64,000 nucleotides of DNA from Neodothiora populina (lineage: Eukaryota), in the NCBI RefSeq assembly GCF_041146345.1, contig NW_027191417.1:248001-312000 (forward strand), written 5' to 3'. This document shows, in pieces, positions 1 to 10,290 of this stretch. How positions within the stretch are numbered: position 1 is the first letter of the stretch; every line of letters starts with the position of its first letter. A model generated the notes under the pieces. It was not told the DNA's origin. It did no database searches and was given only the letters and a program-made list of their open reading frames with translations. The translations under genes were made by a program, and so were the position numbers.

Positions 1-2323
1 TGCGGGCAGCGACACTGGAATAGATGGAAGAGGGGGCTCTGTCGCAGCTGGTGGAATGTGGGGCGAGAAGCCTAGCACTGCTGCCGAAGGGTACGCCTCG
101 CTCCCGCAAAACTATAGTGAACAGCCTGTTCCGGAGTCCAGACGAGACGTAGAGCGATCAGGTGTCCTTGTGAATGTCCCCAGCCCGACAAGAGGCTTGA
201 GGAAGAATGGGCCGACTCGCGCTCAGTATCAGTATCATGCCGCGCCCAGATACGAAGATGGAAGAGTCAGCAGGTCAAGCGGCAATATTCATCCTATCGA
301 GGAACGCGACGAAGAAGAGGATAGAACCTCAGCGACGGGTGGAATGAAGCCTTTAACCCTAGTCGAACGCAACTTCGGACCAGCCGCAGGTGCCCATGGC
401 GGAGACAAGAGACAAGACGATCCATTCAAGGACCCACCACCAAATCCCCTACGCAGCCATCCTGTTTCTCCTGAAATCGGTCCTCCTGTAGGCAGTACTG
501 TTCGTCGCTCGATTACCAATGCGACAAACGCAACGAATATTAGCAACATCACCACTGGCACAGACCAAGTCTCGAATTGGATTCGAGAGTGGACTGCCTC
601 GTACGCCGCAGCAATGCGTCCAACCTCAGACAATCCAGCTAGTAACAGCAGTGGACGTGTCTCTCCGACCAAGACGGACGAGCGAACCTCATCAAACCTG
701 AGTGAGCAATCGAATCGTTCTGGTATTTCAGCCGGCGCGACCAGCGTTGCTCGTACTTCATCCACCCGCTCGGCCATGTTCTTTGGTCTGTCCGGGAGAC
801 CATCCATCACACCTTCACACACACCTATTGAGTCCACATTCCCTAATAACATCTCGGGCCCCAGTCGAAGCGGATCACCTATTCGCAACGAGTTTCGGTC
901 CCACTCGGGTCATCATCTCGTCGCCGAGCGTCCCTACGCCCAGCGAAGTACAACCGCAGATTCGTACAGTACAGCAGCAACCACCTGGGGTCAACTGATG
1001 GAACAAGGCGAGGCTCTCCTTGGAACTGCCAGTCCGACGCATAATACCAGGAAATATGACACCGCCATTGCACCTCTCAATTACCCCAAGCGACGTAACG
1101 GTCAGAAACCAGGACAATTGCCGCACGAACAATCAGATTCGTACCTTTTGGCTAATGCCGGTCCGACACCTCCAATCCCACCTCGCAGACGACTCGGTTG
1201 GATGGGGAGTCTTCGTCGTGCGCTTGGTACCTACGATCGCAGTTTCTCGTCTGCAGCACCTCTGAATCCTCATCATGGAGATTCGAAGTCAATGCCGCCG
1301 CCCATGCAAGAATACTATGACCACATCGCATCAATCCGTTCCAACTCAACTTCACCGAACAGGGGCCAGCGCGCTGGGGCTCACAGTCGCGCAGGTGCTT
1401 CGTCCAGCATGTCAAACGGCCCTAGAAGAACAGCGAGCGACAGTTCCGAGTTTCTGCGTCTGAAGCGCGGTAGACGCGACTGGGAGGCTGACGCAGGAGA
1501 CGGAGAGGATCCACGCTGGGCGCCCTACCGCGATGAACCAGACCTGGGCGATTGGGGAGAGGGCATGGTACCGGACATCGTGCTGCAGCGATACTACGAC
1601 GTCGATAAGCCTCTACCTCCTATCACAGGCCCGAATGGCGTCGGAAAGAGGGGACATGGCAGGAACCGAAGTGGAACAGTGCTCAGCTCGCGCAGGCCCG
1701 TCGATAGTGCCATGGATGTAGATCTGCGCCGGGATGCGGGCTCACGACAAGAACCAAGAAAAGCTGGCCCAGACGGCGACGAGGACGGCGAAGGCGATTG
1801 GGACGTCGAAGGGGCGATCGCCAAACGAGACGTCCAGGTCATGTTCACCTTACCCAAAGCTCGCTTACGAGTCGTTAATGCGGACCCGGAGAGTGCGAGC
1901 CAAAGAAGCGTCAGTGGAGGCAGTGCTGCAGCCGTCAATGTGGTGACAGCAATCAATGATCCTACTGCTGTCACCGCGGCTCAGCAGCAGCAGCTTCTGC
2001 GAGTCAAGTCCGAAACGGACAGTCTCGAATCCTTCCGGACCGCACAAGCACAAGTCGGCGCGAGCTCCCATGACAGTAACGGTGGAGATTCGGCCCGCGA
2101 GAGCGCAGAAACCGTCCGCAAAACGAGCAATTACGGCGTCGAAATCACAGAGTGGGAACGCCAGGCGCTCGAGCAGCGAGACGATGAAGAAAACCAGCGT
2201 GTACCTCCACCCACCACGACAGCTACCACTATATCGCGAAAGCCCATTCCTCGTCGAGCTGTCGCGAATAACAACGATGACGACGATGTACAGGTTGTCG
2301 ATATGAGGAGAAGCAGAAGATAA
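1..2323 (+). CDS. 3' part of a hypothetical protein (long Ser/Arg/Pro-rich disordered tail); 5' end lies outside the window
   Basis: Open frame of more than 750 codons ending at TAA 2321-2323. The motif DWDVEGAIAKRDVQVMFTLPKARLRVVNAD resembles, from memory, the C-tail of Pezizomycotina kelch-type single-pass membrane proteins; family call tentative. Confidence 0.6.
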   Translation, partial: AGSDTGIDGRGGSVAAGGMWGEKPSTAAEGYASLPQNYSEQPVPESRRDVERSGVLVNVPSPTRGLRKNGPTRAQYQYHAAPRYEDGRVSRSSGNIHPIEERDEEEDRTSATGGMKPLTLVERNFGPAAGAHGGDKRQDDPFKDPPPNPLRSHPVSPEIGPPVGSTVRRSITNATNATNISNITTGTDQVSNWIREWTASYAAAMRPTSDNPASNSSGRVSPTKTDERTSSNLSEQSNRSGISAGATSVARTSSTRSAMFFGLSGRPSITPSHTPIESTFPNNISGPSRSGSPIRNEFRSHSGHHLVAERPYAQRSTTADSYSTAATTWGQLMEQGEALLGTASPTHNTRKYDTAIAPLNYPKRRNGQKPGQLPHEQSDSYLLANAGPTPPIPPRRRLGWMGSLRRALGTYDRSFSSAAPLNPHHGDSKSMPPPMQEYYDHIASIRSNSTSPNRGQRAGAHSRAGASSSMSNGPRRTASDSSEFLRLKRGRRDWEADAGDGEDPRWAPYRDEPDLGDWGEGMVPDIVLQRYYDVDKPLPPITGPNGVGKRGHGRNRSGTVLSSRRPVDSAMDVDLRRDAGSRQEPRKAGPDGDEDGEGDWDVEGAIAKRDVQVMFTLPKARLRVVNADPESASQRSVSGGSAAAVNVVTAINDPTAVTAAQQQQLLRVKSETDSLESFRTAQAQVGASSHDSNGGDSARESAETVRKTSNYGVEITEWERQALEQRDDEENQRVPPPTTTATTISRKPIPRRAVANNNDDDDVQVVDMRRSRR

Positions 2324-4486
2324 CCCACTCGTTGTCCTTCTGCTTCAATAAATGAAGTATAGATATCATGAAGGCTGGCTGGGGATATAGAAAAGGGAAA
2401 AATTGGCTTCGGCAGGTATATATATCATGGCTAACATGGGATCTTGGATTGGACGAGACGATGGCATCATGATGATTATATCTATCATCTTTACGACCGA
2501 GCTGGGCCCCGGGAGGGATGGGCTATCTGTGGGATTGTTTCTGTTTACACCGCGCTTGCTATTTACTTGCTTGCTTGGCTTTCTTCGTTCTCCTCTGCCA
2601 TGTCTCGTTCAGGGATTGGTCGACTGACTTACTTGTATGACTTTTTTTTCCTCTTGCGAAGGCGTTTTCGCAAAGGAGGGGAGGAGGGCCGTTATCCACT
2701 GCTTGGTGGTGGGAACCTCATCTATCAGCAAACCCAACCTGCTGCTGCTGCTGCTGCTCATGTGTCGAGACAGACCTGGACATCGTCGGTGTTTTATGTA
2801 CCTTTTTTGCTGTTGATAGAAATACTGAAGTTGAGACTTTTTCTTGCATCTGTGATGAATGATTTGAGAATCATTCGCGTATGCAATGTGTCGCTTCTTA
2901 CTGTAATGCTATGCTCTATGGATTGAGTCTGTGGTCTGAGCACATACTTAGCGACAAATACTTCGATCGCCCAGAAATTCGTCTTATTGTCCATCGACAC
3001 TCCAGTCCATGCTTCAGTTGTGAAGTCCCAACATGGCACTGAATCACATGTCCAGAGATGCCTTACTGCAGATAGGGGTAATTATTGTACAGTAACCCTA
3101 CAGTACTGTAGTTGCTTGCTTGCTTGCTTTATCCAGTACAAGTAAAGCAAGCGAGAAGCCAAGGCTGAGCTGCTGCTTAAGAAAAGGGGCGGCCAATGCA
3201 CGATCATGCTTGGCCGTGCGCGCGCGCGCGCGAAAGAGGTCCCTTATCGGTCGGTACAGTAGGTCGATCTACTGTAATTACTCCTTATAGGCGCGTCTAT
3301 GGTTGTTCCTGCGCGTTTCTTACTCGGAGTCGACTAGGCTACTCGTCGCCGCAGGCCTCTTTTGTTCATGGAAGCAGATTTGCGCTATCTCCTTTCTTTC
3401 GTGCGCCTCTCGGCTGGGATGCCGATGTAGATGTGGCGTAGTACAGTGGCACTCTATGTCGTGTAATGGTTGGGAGATGTGGAAAAGTTACCTGCTGTAC
3501 TTCGAGTTGGGACTCGTCTTGGCGTTCTAGTGCGCCTGTACTTGTACCTGCAGGAGCGAAGTGGACCGCAGATCAAGGGTTGTAGAAGTACCTTACGACC
3601 AAGTGATCAAAGACTCAGACGCATTGAGGTGGTTTACTTATTTATGAGCACATCACAGCCTCTCAAGGTTCTTATCACGATTGCGTTACCGAATGACTCG
3701 TAGACTCTATAAACTTCTCACTGCTCGACCAGTCGCTGTCTTGCTGCAAAGTGTATCTCTTCCACCATTAGACTTTCGCCTCAGGGCCTGCCGCCCCAGT
3801 GTCCAGCACGCGCGCTAAAAGGCTAATCCATCGGTGAGATTTCGATAACCAACGGCTACATGGGTGATCTTGCACGTAAAGATGCATGACCGTTTCCACG
3901 ACCACAGCTGAGACGAGCTGAACTGGACAACGTCTTTCGAGGTCACTCTTTTACCTCCTTCAGTCGAGGTGCTTGCTACAAGTCTCTGGGTCGCCATCGT
4001 TGGATATGGTGGTTCTGGGGTTGGGACTATTGGCGGCCTACGAGCGAACCTTTCATGGGGCCTCTTCTGTCGTCTCGTCGAGTAAGTGACTGGCTACCTT
4101 ACTTCCTGTGTGAGCGATTGGTGGTCGATCCACTGTACAGTACTGTAGTTCTACCGTCTTGTGGAAACTCCTCTTGGGACTGCGGGACATCTTACAGTAG
4201 TAGGTAATATTCTGGCCCGAAACGGTAATGTGAGAACCTGGTTGTCCTTTTTCCCCCCTTTGCGATGGATTGACAGCTACTACTGTATGTGGCACCGAAA
4301 AGACGGTACAACAGCCACCAACCCTTATACCTATCTTAGGGGGTTCAGCAGAATCCAGCCAATACAATTGTCTGCCATGGGTTTGGCGTCCACACAGGTA
4401 GGTCTTGTGGGAAGCTCTCTTTTCTTTCTTGTCATCTTGTGTCGCATCTGTTCCTCTTTCCCATTCTTGTATAGGCTGTCGTCGCG

Positions 4487-5930
4487 ATGGCTTCTACCAC
4501 TTCCATTCCTTTAGTGTTTCGTACGACGACTTTCAAGATCTTAATACCTTTGGTGCTGCTGGCGGTGTCTTCTTATTTCTTCTGGCCTATACCCTCGTCT
4601 GCAACATCAACGTTACCGACGCCACACTTGGACGTGAGCAAATGGGGATTATCCAGCTCTAGCACCTGGGTCTACAAGTTCCCTAGAGATGCGAATCACC
4701 ATGGTCTCTCTGCAGAACAATGCGATGCGGCATTTCCAGGATTCTATGGAGATATTGAGTCTGCGGTAGAGTCGCGGAAGAACAATCCAGTCACTTTGAA
4801 TGAAATTAAGATTCATGATGACAAGTGCCTCGTACGGGTCCTGATCTACGATTCCGAGGTATGTCAAATCTGGCGCGATGTTTTCCGTAAAGTACGACTA
4901 AACCATTCCAAGATCTTCATTATCCAAGGAAAGACAAACAAATATTGCTGGATCGGACAATGGCATGAGCGAACGACTGGACTTTTACATTCCATCAACC
5001 GCGCAGTGATGAGCGTGCCATACGGAACCATCCCGAATATCGAGTTCGTGTTAGACTTCGACGATGACCCGCAGAGACCCATCGACATCATGCGCGGTCA
5101 TGGTTCAAACAAGTCGACAGTCTGGGGACTCACACGCCGGGAGAACCAGCGTCACATCTGGCTCATCCCAGATTACGCATACTGGGCATGGCCATCCGCG
5201 CGCGTCGCCAGCCACCAACAAGTACGCCGCAAGATGGCAGACGCCAACGCCAAATTCCCCTGGGCGAAGAAGATATCCAAAGTCGTCTGGCGCGGCACCA
5301 CACATCTGAACCCCGGCATCCGATGGCCGCTTGTGAAGCTGGCAAAGGAAAAGGAATGGGGCGACGTCAAGGTCTGCGACATCTACCAGCCAAAGACAAA
5401 GCAATTCTGCATCACACAGGACCAACATTGCCAGTACAAATTTCCTGTGCACACGGAAGGATACACGTACTCTGGCCGCCTGAAGTACCTCCAACTATGC
5501 AACAGCGCGCCCGTGGTGCACAAGCTCAAATGGCTCGAGCACCACCACGGCGTCATGCGACCAAACGGCACGAACCAGAACTTCATCCAGGTGGAGCGCA
5601 ACTGGACAGATCTAGAATCAAAGGTAAGCAGACCCTGAAACACCCCACGACCCAGCACTAACCCCCCCAACCCAGATCCTCTACTATCAAGAACACGAAG
5701 AAGAAGCGCAGCGCATAGCGCAAAACAACTACGAAACCTTCTACGAGCGCTACCTGACGCCCGCCGCGACATCATGCTACTGGCGCAAGGTCTTCCACGG
5801 CTGGTCGCGCGTCCAAGGCTTCGAGCCCCAGCTGTATGTCAAGAACGAGACGGACGGCAGGATGATGCTGCGCGGCACGTCTTTTGAACAGTATGTTGTT
5901 AACGCTACTAAGGCTTGGCCTGCTGCTTGA
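4487..5930 (+). CDS. Glycosyltransferase family 90 (CAP10/POGLUT-like), type II membrane protein
   Basis: N-terminal TM segment (ILIPLVLLAVSSYFFW). Motifs WLIPDYAYWAWP, KVVWRG, HCQYKFPVHTEGYTYSGRLKYL and RYLTPAATSCYWRK. Introns about 4859-4912 (GTATGT..AAG) and about 5623-5675 (GTAAGC..CTAAC..CAG); stop TGA 5928-5930. Confidence 0.85.
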
Positions 5931-6246
5931 GATTTTGCGTTTCTTTTCGCTGTAGCTTTTTGGATCGAGGGGTTTGGGGGTTCTTTTTTGGTGGGTTGGG
6001 ATCACGGAGTCTTGATAGGGTGAGAAGGGTGTGTGATCGATGATGTGAATATAATCTGAGAGATATCCAAATGTAAAACGCGGCATATACTTGACCTATC
6101 AATTCCATGCTTTCCGAGCTCACAAACGCACGCGAGACACTCATTGCGAAAACAAGACTGAGTAATGCAAGACAGAAAAAACCGTGTCCTGATACAGAAT
6201 ATATATATGCATATACGAAACTCATCCCCATCAAGCCAACCTCAGC

Positions 6247-7758
6247 TCACAAACACCAATCGACCTCAATAACACTATCAATATCACTCCTGCCACCCGG
6301 CCGAGTGGGATCCGGAATCTCGGCGCGCTTGACATAAAACTGCCTGACGCAGCCCTGGGCGTCTCCCTCAGCATGCACGAAGCGCCAACTAATCTTTTCG
6401 ATGCCAGCCTTCAGCGCGGGCCTCAACTCGCCCAGACTATCGTGAAACTGCCACCCGTCGCCCGGCATCGAACTGCCCGGATACGGGTACATTGTGCCTT
6501 CTACAAGGTCCAAGTTCGGGAGGCCCTTGGGGTATCGCGCGATGCTGAACCCGTTGGTGAAGACGACTTCCTCGGCGTGCGAAGTGTAGCGTTGCAGAAA
6601 GGCGTCTGCGCCCGCGACGTCGCTGACGAGGTGAGCGGTCGGCACAGGGAACTTGTGCCAGCTCTTCCAGTGGTGGATGGTCAGTAGCGGGTCCGGCCCG
6701 GACTCGTACCATCCTGACATGTCGCCGAACATGTCTAGCTGGTTGAGACCGGGGAGTTGGGTCAGTTGCACGGTCGGGGAGGTGATTCTGCGCACGCACG
6801 CGCGCCACATGGCGTCGCCCCAGCCGGTCTTGAGAGCGAGGCATTCGGGCGTGTGAGAGGCTACTTGTGCGAGCAGGGGGAGTGATATGAAGATGCCGGC
6901 GCCACCCCATGCTTTGAGTCCCTCTGTTGCGATCCCGATATGGCGCTCGGACAGCGAGCCCAGGTACCAGTTTTTGGTAGGGTCGAAGGCGGAGAGAGCA
7001 TTGTGTAGGCGAGCGAGGGAGACGAAGAAGGTGTCGTCGTCTATGATGCCGAACCACTTGGTCTTGGGCCCGCGGTTGTCGTACATGGCCTTGCCTAGAC
7101 CGAAGTTGCTTTTCGACTCTGACTGCTCCGAGTAAGATGGTGGCAAGATTGTGACGTTGACGTTGAAGGCCACGATTGTGTCTAGTGTAGAGTGAAGCGC
7201 TGTGTCATTCGGGGTGTCTCGAAGCAATACCAGGAGTCGTGCGTTGGTGTTCGAGAGCCATCTCGCCATTTGCGGTAGACTGTCATCAAGTCGGTGCAGT
7301 GAGGTGGCCACTCCAAGCATGATCGTCTCCGATCCGGCAGCTGATATCGAAGCGCTGCGCGGTACAGGTAATGAAACCGTACTTCCGCAACTTGGGAATA
7401 GTGTCCGATTAACATCGCCTTTGTCATTGCTTCCTGCTGTTTCTATGTATGAGGGCTCTGTGAGGAGAGGCCATGATGCATTCAGGGCAGACTGTCGGAC
7501 TACTCCTCGCGAAGGCTTAGCCACTACACAGTGCCGACGATACTCGAACGTCTTCGATGTGATATTCAGGCGTTCTAAGACTTCCATGTCATACGAGGGA
7601 CTATTACTGGATTTCTTGCCCGTCCATTGTGACCGGACCATATCCGTGTAGTCCGGCGTACGGAAGAAAAAGAACGATGCAATAAGCAATAGGATTACTC
7701 CCGCCGTCCAAGCAAGACGATCATATCGCCTAGCTGGTGTTTTCATATAGATAGACAT
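6247..7758 (-). CDS. Glycosyltransferase family 31 (Fringe-like/DUF604)
   Basis: Intronless 503-aa ORF with N-terminal TM, KWFGIIDDDTFF (DxD motif), WYLGSLSE, AWGGAGIFIS and LTIHHWKSW. Confidence 0.85.
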   Translation of the reverse strand: MSIYMKTPARRYDRLAWTAGVILLLIASFFFFRTPDYTDMVRSQWTGKKSSNSPSYDMEVLERLNITSKTFEYRRHCVVAKPSRGVVRQSALNASWPLLTEPSYIETAGSNDKGDVNRTLFPSCGSTVSLPVPRSASISAAGSETIMLGVATSLHRLDDSLPQMARWLSNTNARLLVLLRDTPNDTALHSTLDTIVAFNVNVTILPPSYSEQSESKSNFGLGKAMYDNRGPKTKWFGIIDDDTFFVSLARLHNALSAFDPTKNWYLGSLSERHIGIATEGLKAWGGAGIFISLPLLAQVASHTPECLALKTGWGDAMWRACVRRITSPTVQLTQLPGLNQLDMFGDMSGWYESGPDPLLTIHHWKSWHKFPVPTAHLVSDVAGADAFLQRYTSHAEEVVFTNGFSIARYPKGLPNLDLVEGTMYPYPGSSMPGDGWQFHDSLGELRPALKAGIEKISWRFVHAEGDAQGCVRQFYVKRAEIPDPTRPGGRSDIDSVIEVDWCL

Positions 7759-8606
7759 GACAGGCGCTCACGTCTTCGACTCGTGAAATCGTGTACGATG
7801 TCAAGACCTCGAAAGTGTCCCTTGGATGTAGTTTGTAAATCAACCAGACAGACATGATCGAATAGACCTTATCAACTCCCATGATTAGTGGCGCTTGATC
7901 GCCTGCCGGGCAGAAAACGTTCACATCGTTTCAGGAGCTGATGCGTTGCTGCTGCCGCAAGTCAACGTTGTTGATAGTCGAGTCGTGTAGAGATCTGGGG
8001 TGGCGGTATAGTCAAAGTATCCTTTAAACCTGAGTAATTCAGTAACATACTGGGGAAAGTCGGATGATCCTTTCTTGTTGTGGTATTGATAGACCAGCAC
8101 TATCGTTCGTTTTATGATCTTGGTTAGCTTGGATATGCAGGGACAACGTCTTCCCCTTTTGCATTCTGTGATCAAGCCGCGCTCCACCAGCAGTCCAATA
8201 CCTTGCACTGTACCGCATGTGCTCTGCAGACCCCTATCTCCTTTGCTTCAATCGCAAATGTCCAGTCATTCTAGAGCGTAGACTTGAACTACACTACACC
8301 TACAAGTGACACATGTATACAACACTACTATCTGTAGTGACGGGCACGAGACAATGCGCTGCCTCTGTATAGAAATGATAATGAATGTATTTGATCTGCA
8401 TGTGCAGTAGGTGTCTTCTCAGAGCTTAGAGATCTGTGTTATTTTCTATCAGGAGGCGTTACTTGTGATTTAGATCTGGATGGCTGTACTACACGCTAGC
8501 AGTGGCCATGGATAATATAATATTAGTGGCGCAGAGAGCTGCTGAACAAGTTTTGACATCGCTGACAAGCCATCCGTGAGGCCTTAGTGCCTGCTTCGCA
8601 GCTTTC

Positions 8607-9591
8607 CTACTGCCATGAAGCTTTGTTTTCTTGTGCCCAGTCATCGAAACTTTGTGGTGCTTTTCCAGTCACCTTCTCAACTTCACCTTCAAGCGTCGCC
8701 TCAAAGCCGTCCCTAGCATACATCTCCAGCCATGCCAGCAATTTCGCATAGTCCTCGGCCAGACCCAAATTCTGGTAACGCTGCTGGACTTGCTCAGTGG
8801 ATATTTTGGCGTGGACTATTTCACGTCCCAAGATACTGCTAAGCTTCAGAGCGATCTGAAATGTGGGTCAGCATTCAGATTACTCTCGCATCTACGGATT
8901 ACAACATCTATACCTCATCGTAGCTCAGAGGCTCCGGTCCCGTAATCGTCACATCGGTCGGTGGCGGATTAAGACTTGTCAAGCATGTAAATCCTACGCT
9001 CGCGATATCTCGTGCGCTCACGAACGGGATCTTGCCATCTCCGCAGGCCGAGTATATTTTACCCTCTTGCATGATCGTAGGCTTGTGTTGCAATTCGGAC
9101 AGATTTTCTAGCAACACTTTCAGCATCGTGATTCGAAGCCACATCGACGACAAGATGGCTGTTGTCTTACCCATGAACCAAGTTGGACGGAGAACGGTGT
9201 ACTCAACACCTATATCGTCCAGATGCTGCCAGACTTTCCCAAGATGCGGTCCATCCTTGGTTGCCGTAGTATATCCTAACAAGACAAAGCGCTTGACCCC
9301 ATACTGTTGGGCTGCAAGGTCGATGAAGGAAGTCAAAGCAGACGTGCTATCAGCCAGTGGTGATGGGACAATATATGCAGAGGTGATTTTCTGCTTTCCT
9401 GGGAGTTCATGGGTGAACGGGCTACTGTAAGTAGACTGGTCAAGCCAATCAAACTTGACCGGTATCATGCCTTTTGGTGCATTCTGTTCTGCACCTCGAG
9501 AAGCTACCAGAAAAGGAATATCTGCATCCTCGAGCATTCGAGCAAGGTGCCGGGAGGTCTTGCCTGTACCACCAGTAAGAAGGACCGCCAT
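8607..9591 (-). CDS. NmrA-family atypical SDR, agroclavine dehydrogenase (EasG/FgaFS)-like
   Basis: MAVLLTGGTGKTS Rossmann start, YTVLRPTWFMEN, GDGKIPFVSARDIA, TGPEPLSYDE and VEKVTGKAPQSF. Introns 9108-9170 and about 8857-8913. Confidence 0.85.
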
Positions 9592-10012
9592 GTTCGCAAT
9601 ACTCGATGGTCTTGCAGAGTAGTATTGATTGTGTATAAGGAATCAGGCGAGCTGCTCCATCAGAAGTCCTATTCTTGATATCATGTAGTCTATTATGTAG
9701 TCTCTGCTCATAGTCACACGGCAGTCACTGTATTTATGTTTCTCGCACACTGGTGACTGGAATTACTGAATAGCAAGGCACCTGCAATACCCAAGTATGA
9801 TTTATAATCGTATACAGTCCTGCCAGACTCCACGGTTGGTAAAGTCTTGGTTGCAAACTATTAATGAACGATCTCACGTTCGCAGCTCTTGATCGAACGC
9901 ATAGGCAAGCGAATGAGCTGTGGAATGATAGTCTTTCGGAGGAATACATTCTCCCATTTGGAGAGACTGCTACTGTATCAATCTGCGCTTGGCTCTGACG
10001 CCCAGCTCTAAA

Positions 10013-10029
10013 CGGAGGAATCCTTCCCG
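10013..10029. promoter_or_regulatory. Gal4-type zinc-cluster site CGG-N11-CCG (CGGAGGAATCCTTCCCG)
   Basis: Inverted CGG triplets with an 11-nt spacer in the divergent promoter between the reductase and the Zn2Cys6 gene. CGGAGGAAT recurs at 9937-9945. Confidence 0.4.
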
Positions 10030-10290
10030 CTCATCCTGACGGAGTTAAGTGTACGTCCTGACCTGCTGGAGTCAACAAGTGTACATCCTGACATGCCACA
10101 CTTCATGCATTTGGGTGGTGCAAACATCCGTCGCCTCTGATAAATCAATCTTGTGCGACATTGTGTAATACTTGTGCAACACTTTAACTGCGCCTCGACT
10201 CGAGAATAGTGCGAGGCTTCACGATAGTCGTCCGCACAGATGATCACGAAGCTTCGTCGTCGTTGATCAATCATTTTATTTACCTTAACC

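Noticed and set aside
289..888. 199-aa antisense ORF, and similar shadow ORFs (e.g. 23917-24630, 34593-35189, 59910-60638, 61286-61537)
   Set aside because: They lie opposite well-supported genes, show no family motifs, and are explained by codon bias or repeats on the sense strand.
8607..9591. Ergot alkaloid biosynthetic cluster
   Set aside because: Only an EasG-like reductase is present; there is no prenyltransferase, methyltransferase, catalase, old yellow enzyme or NRPS in the window.
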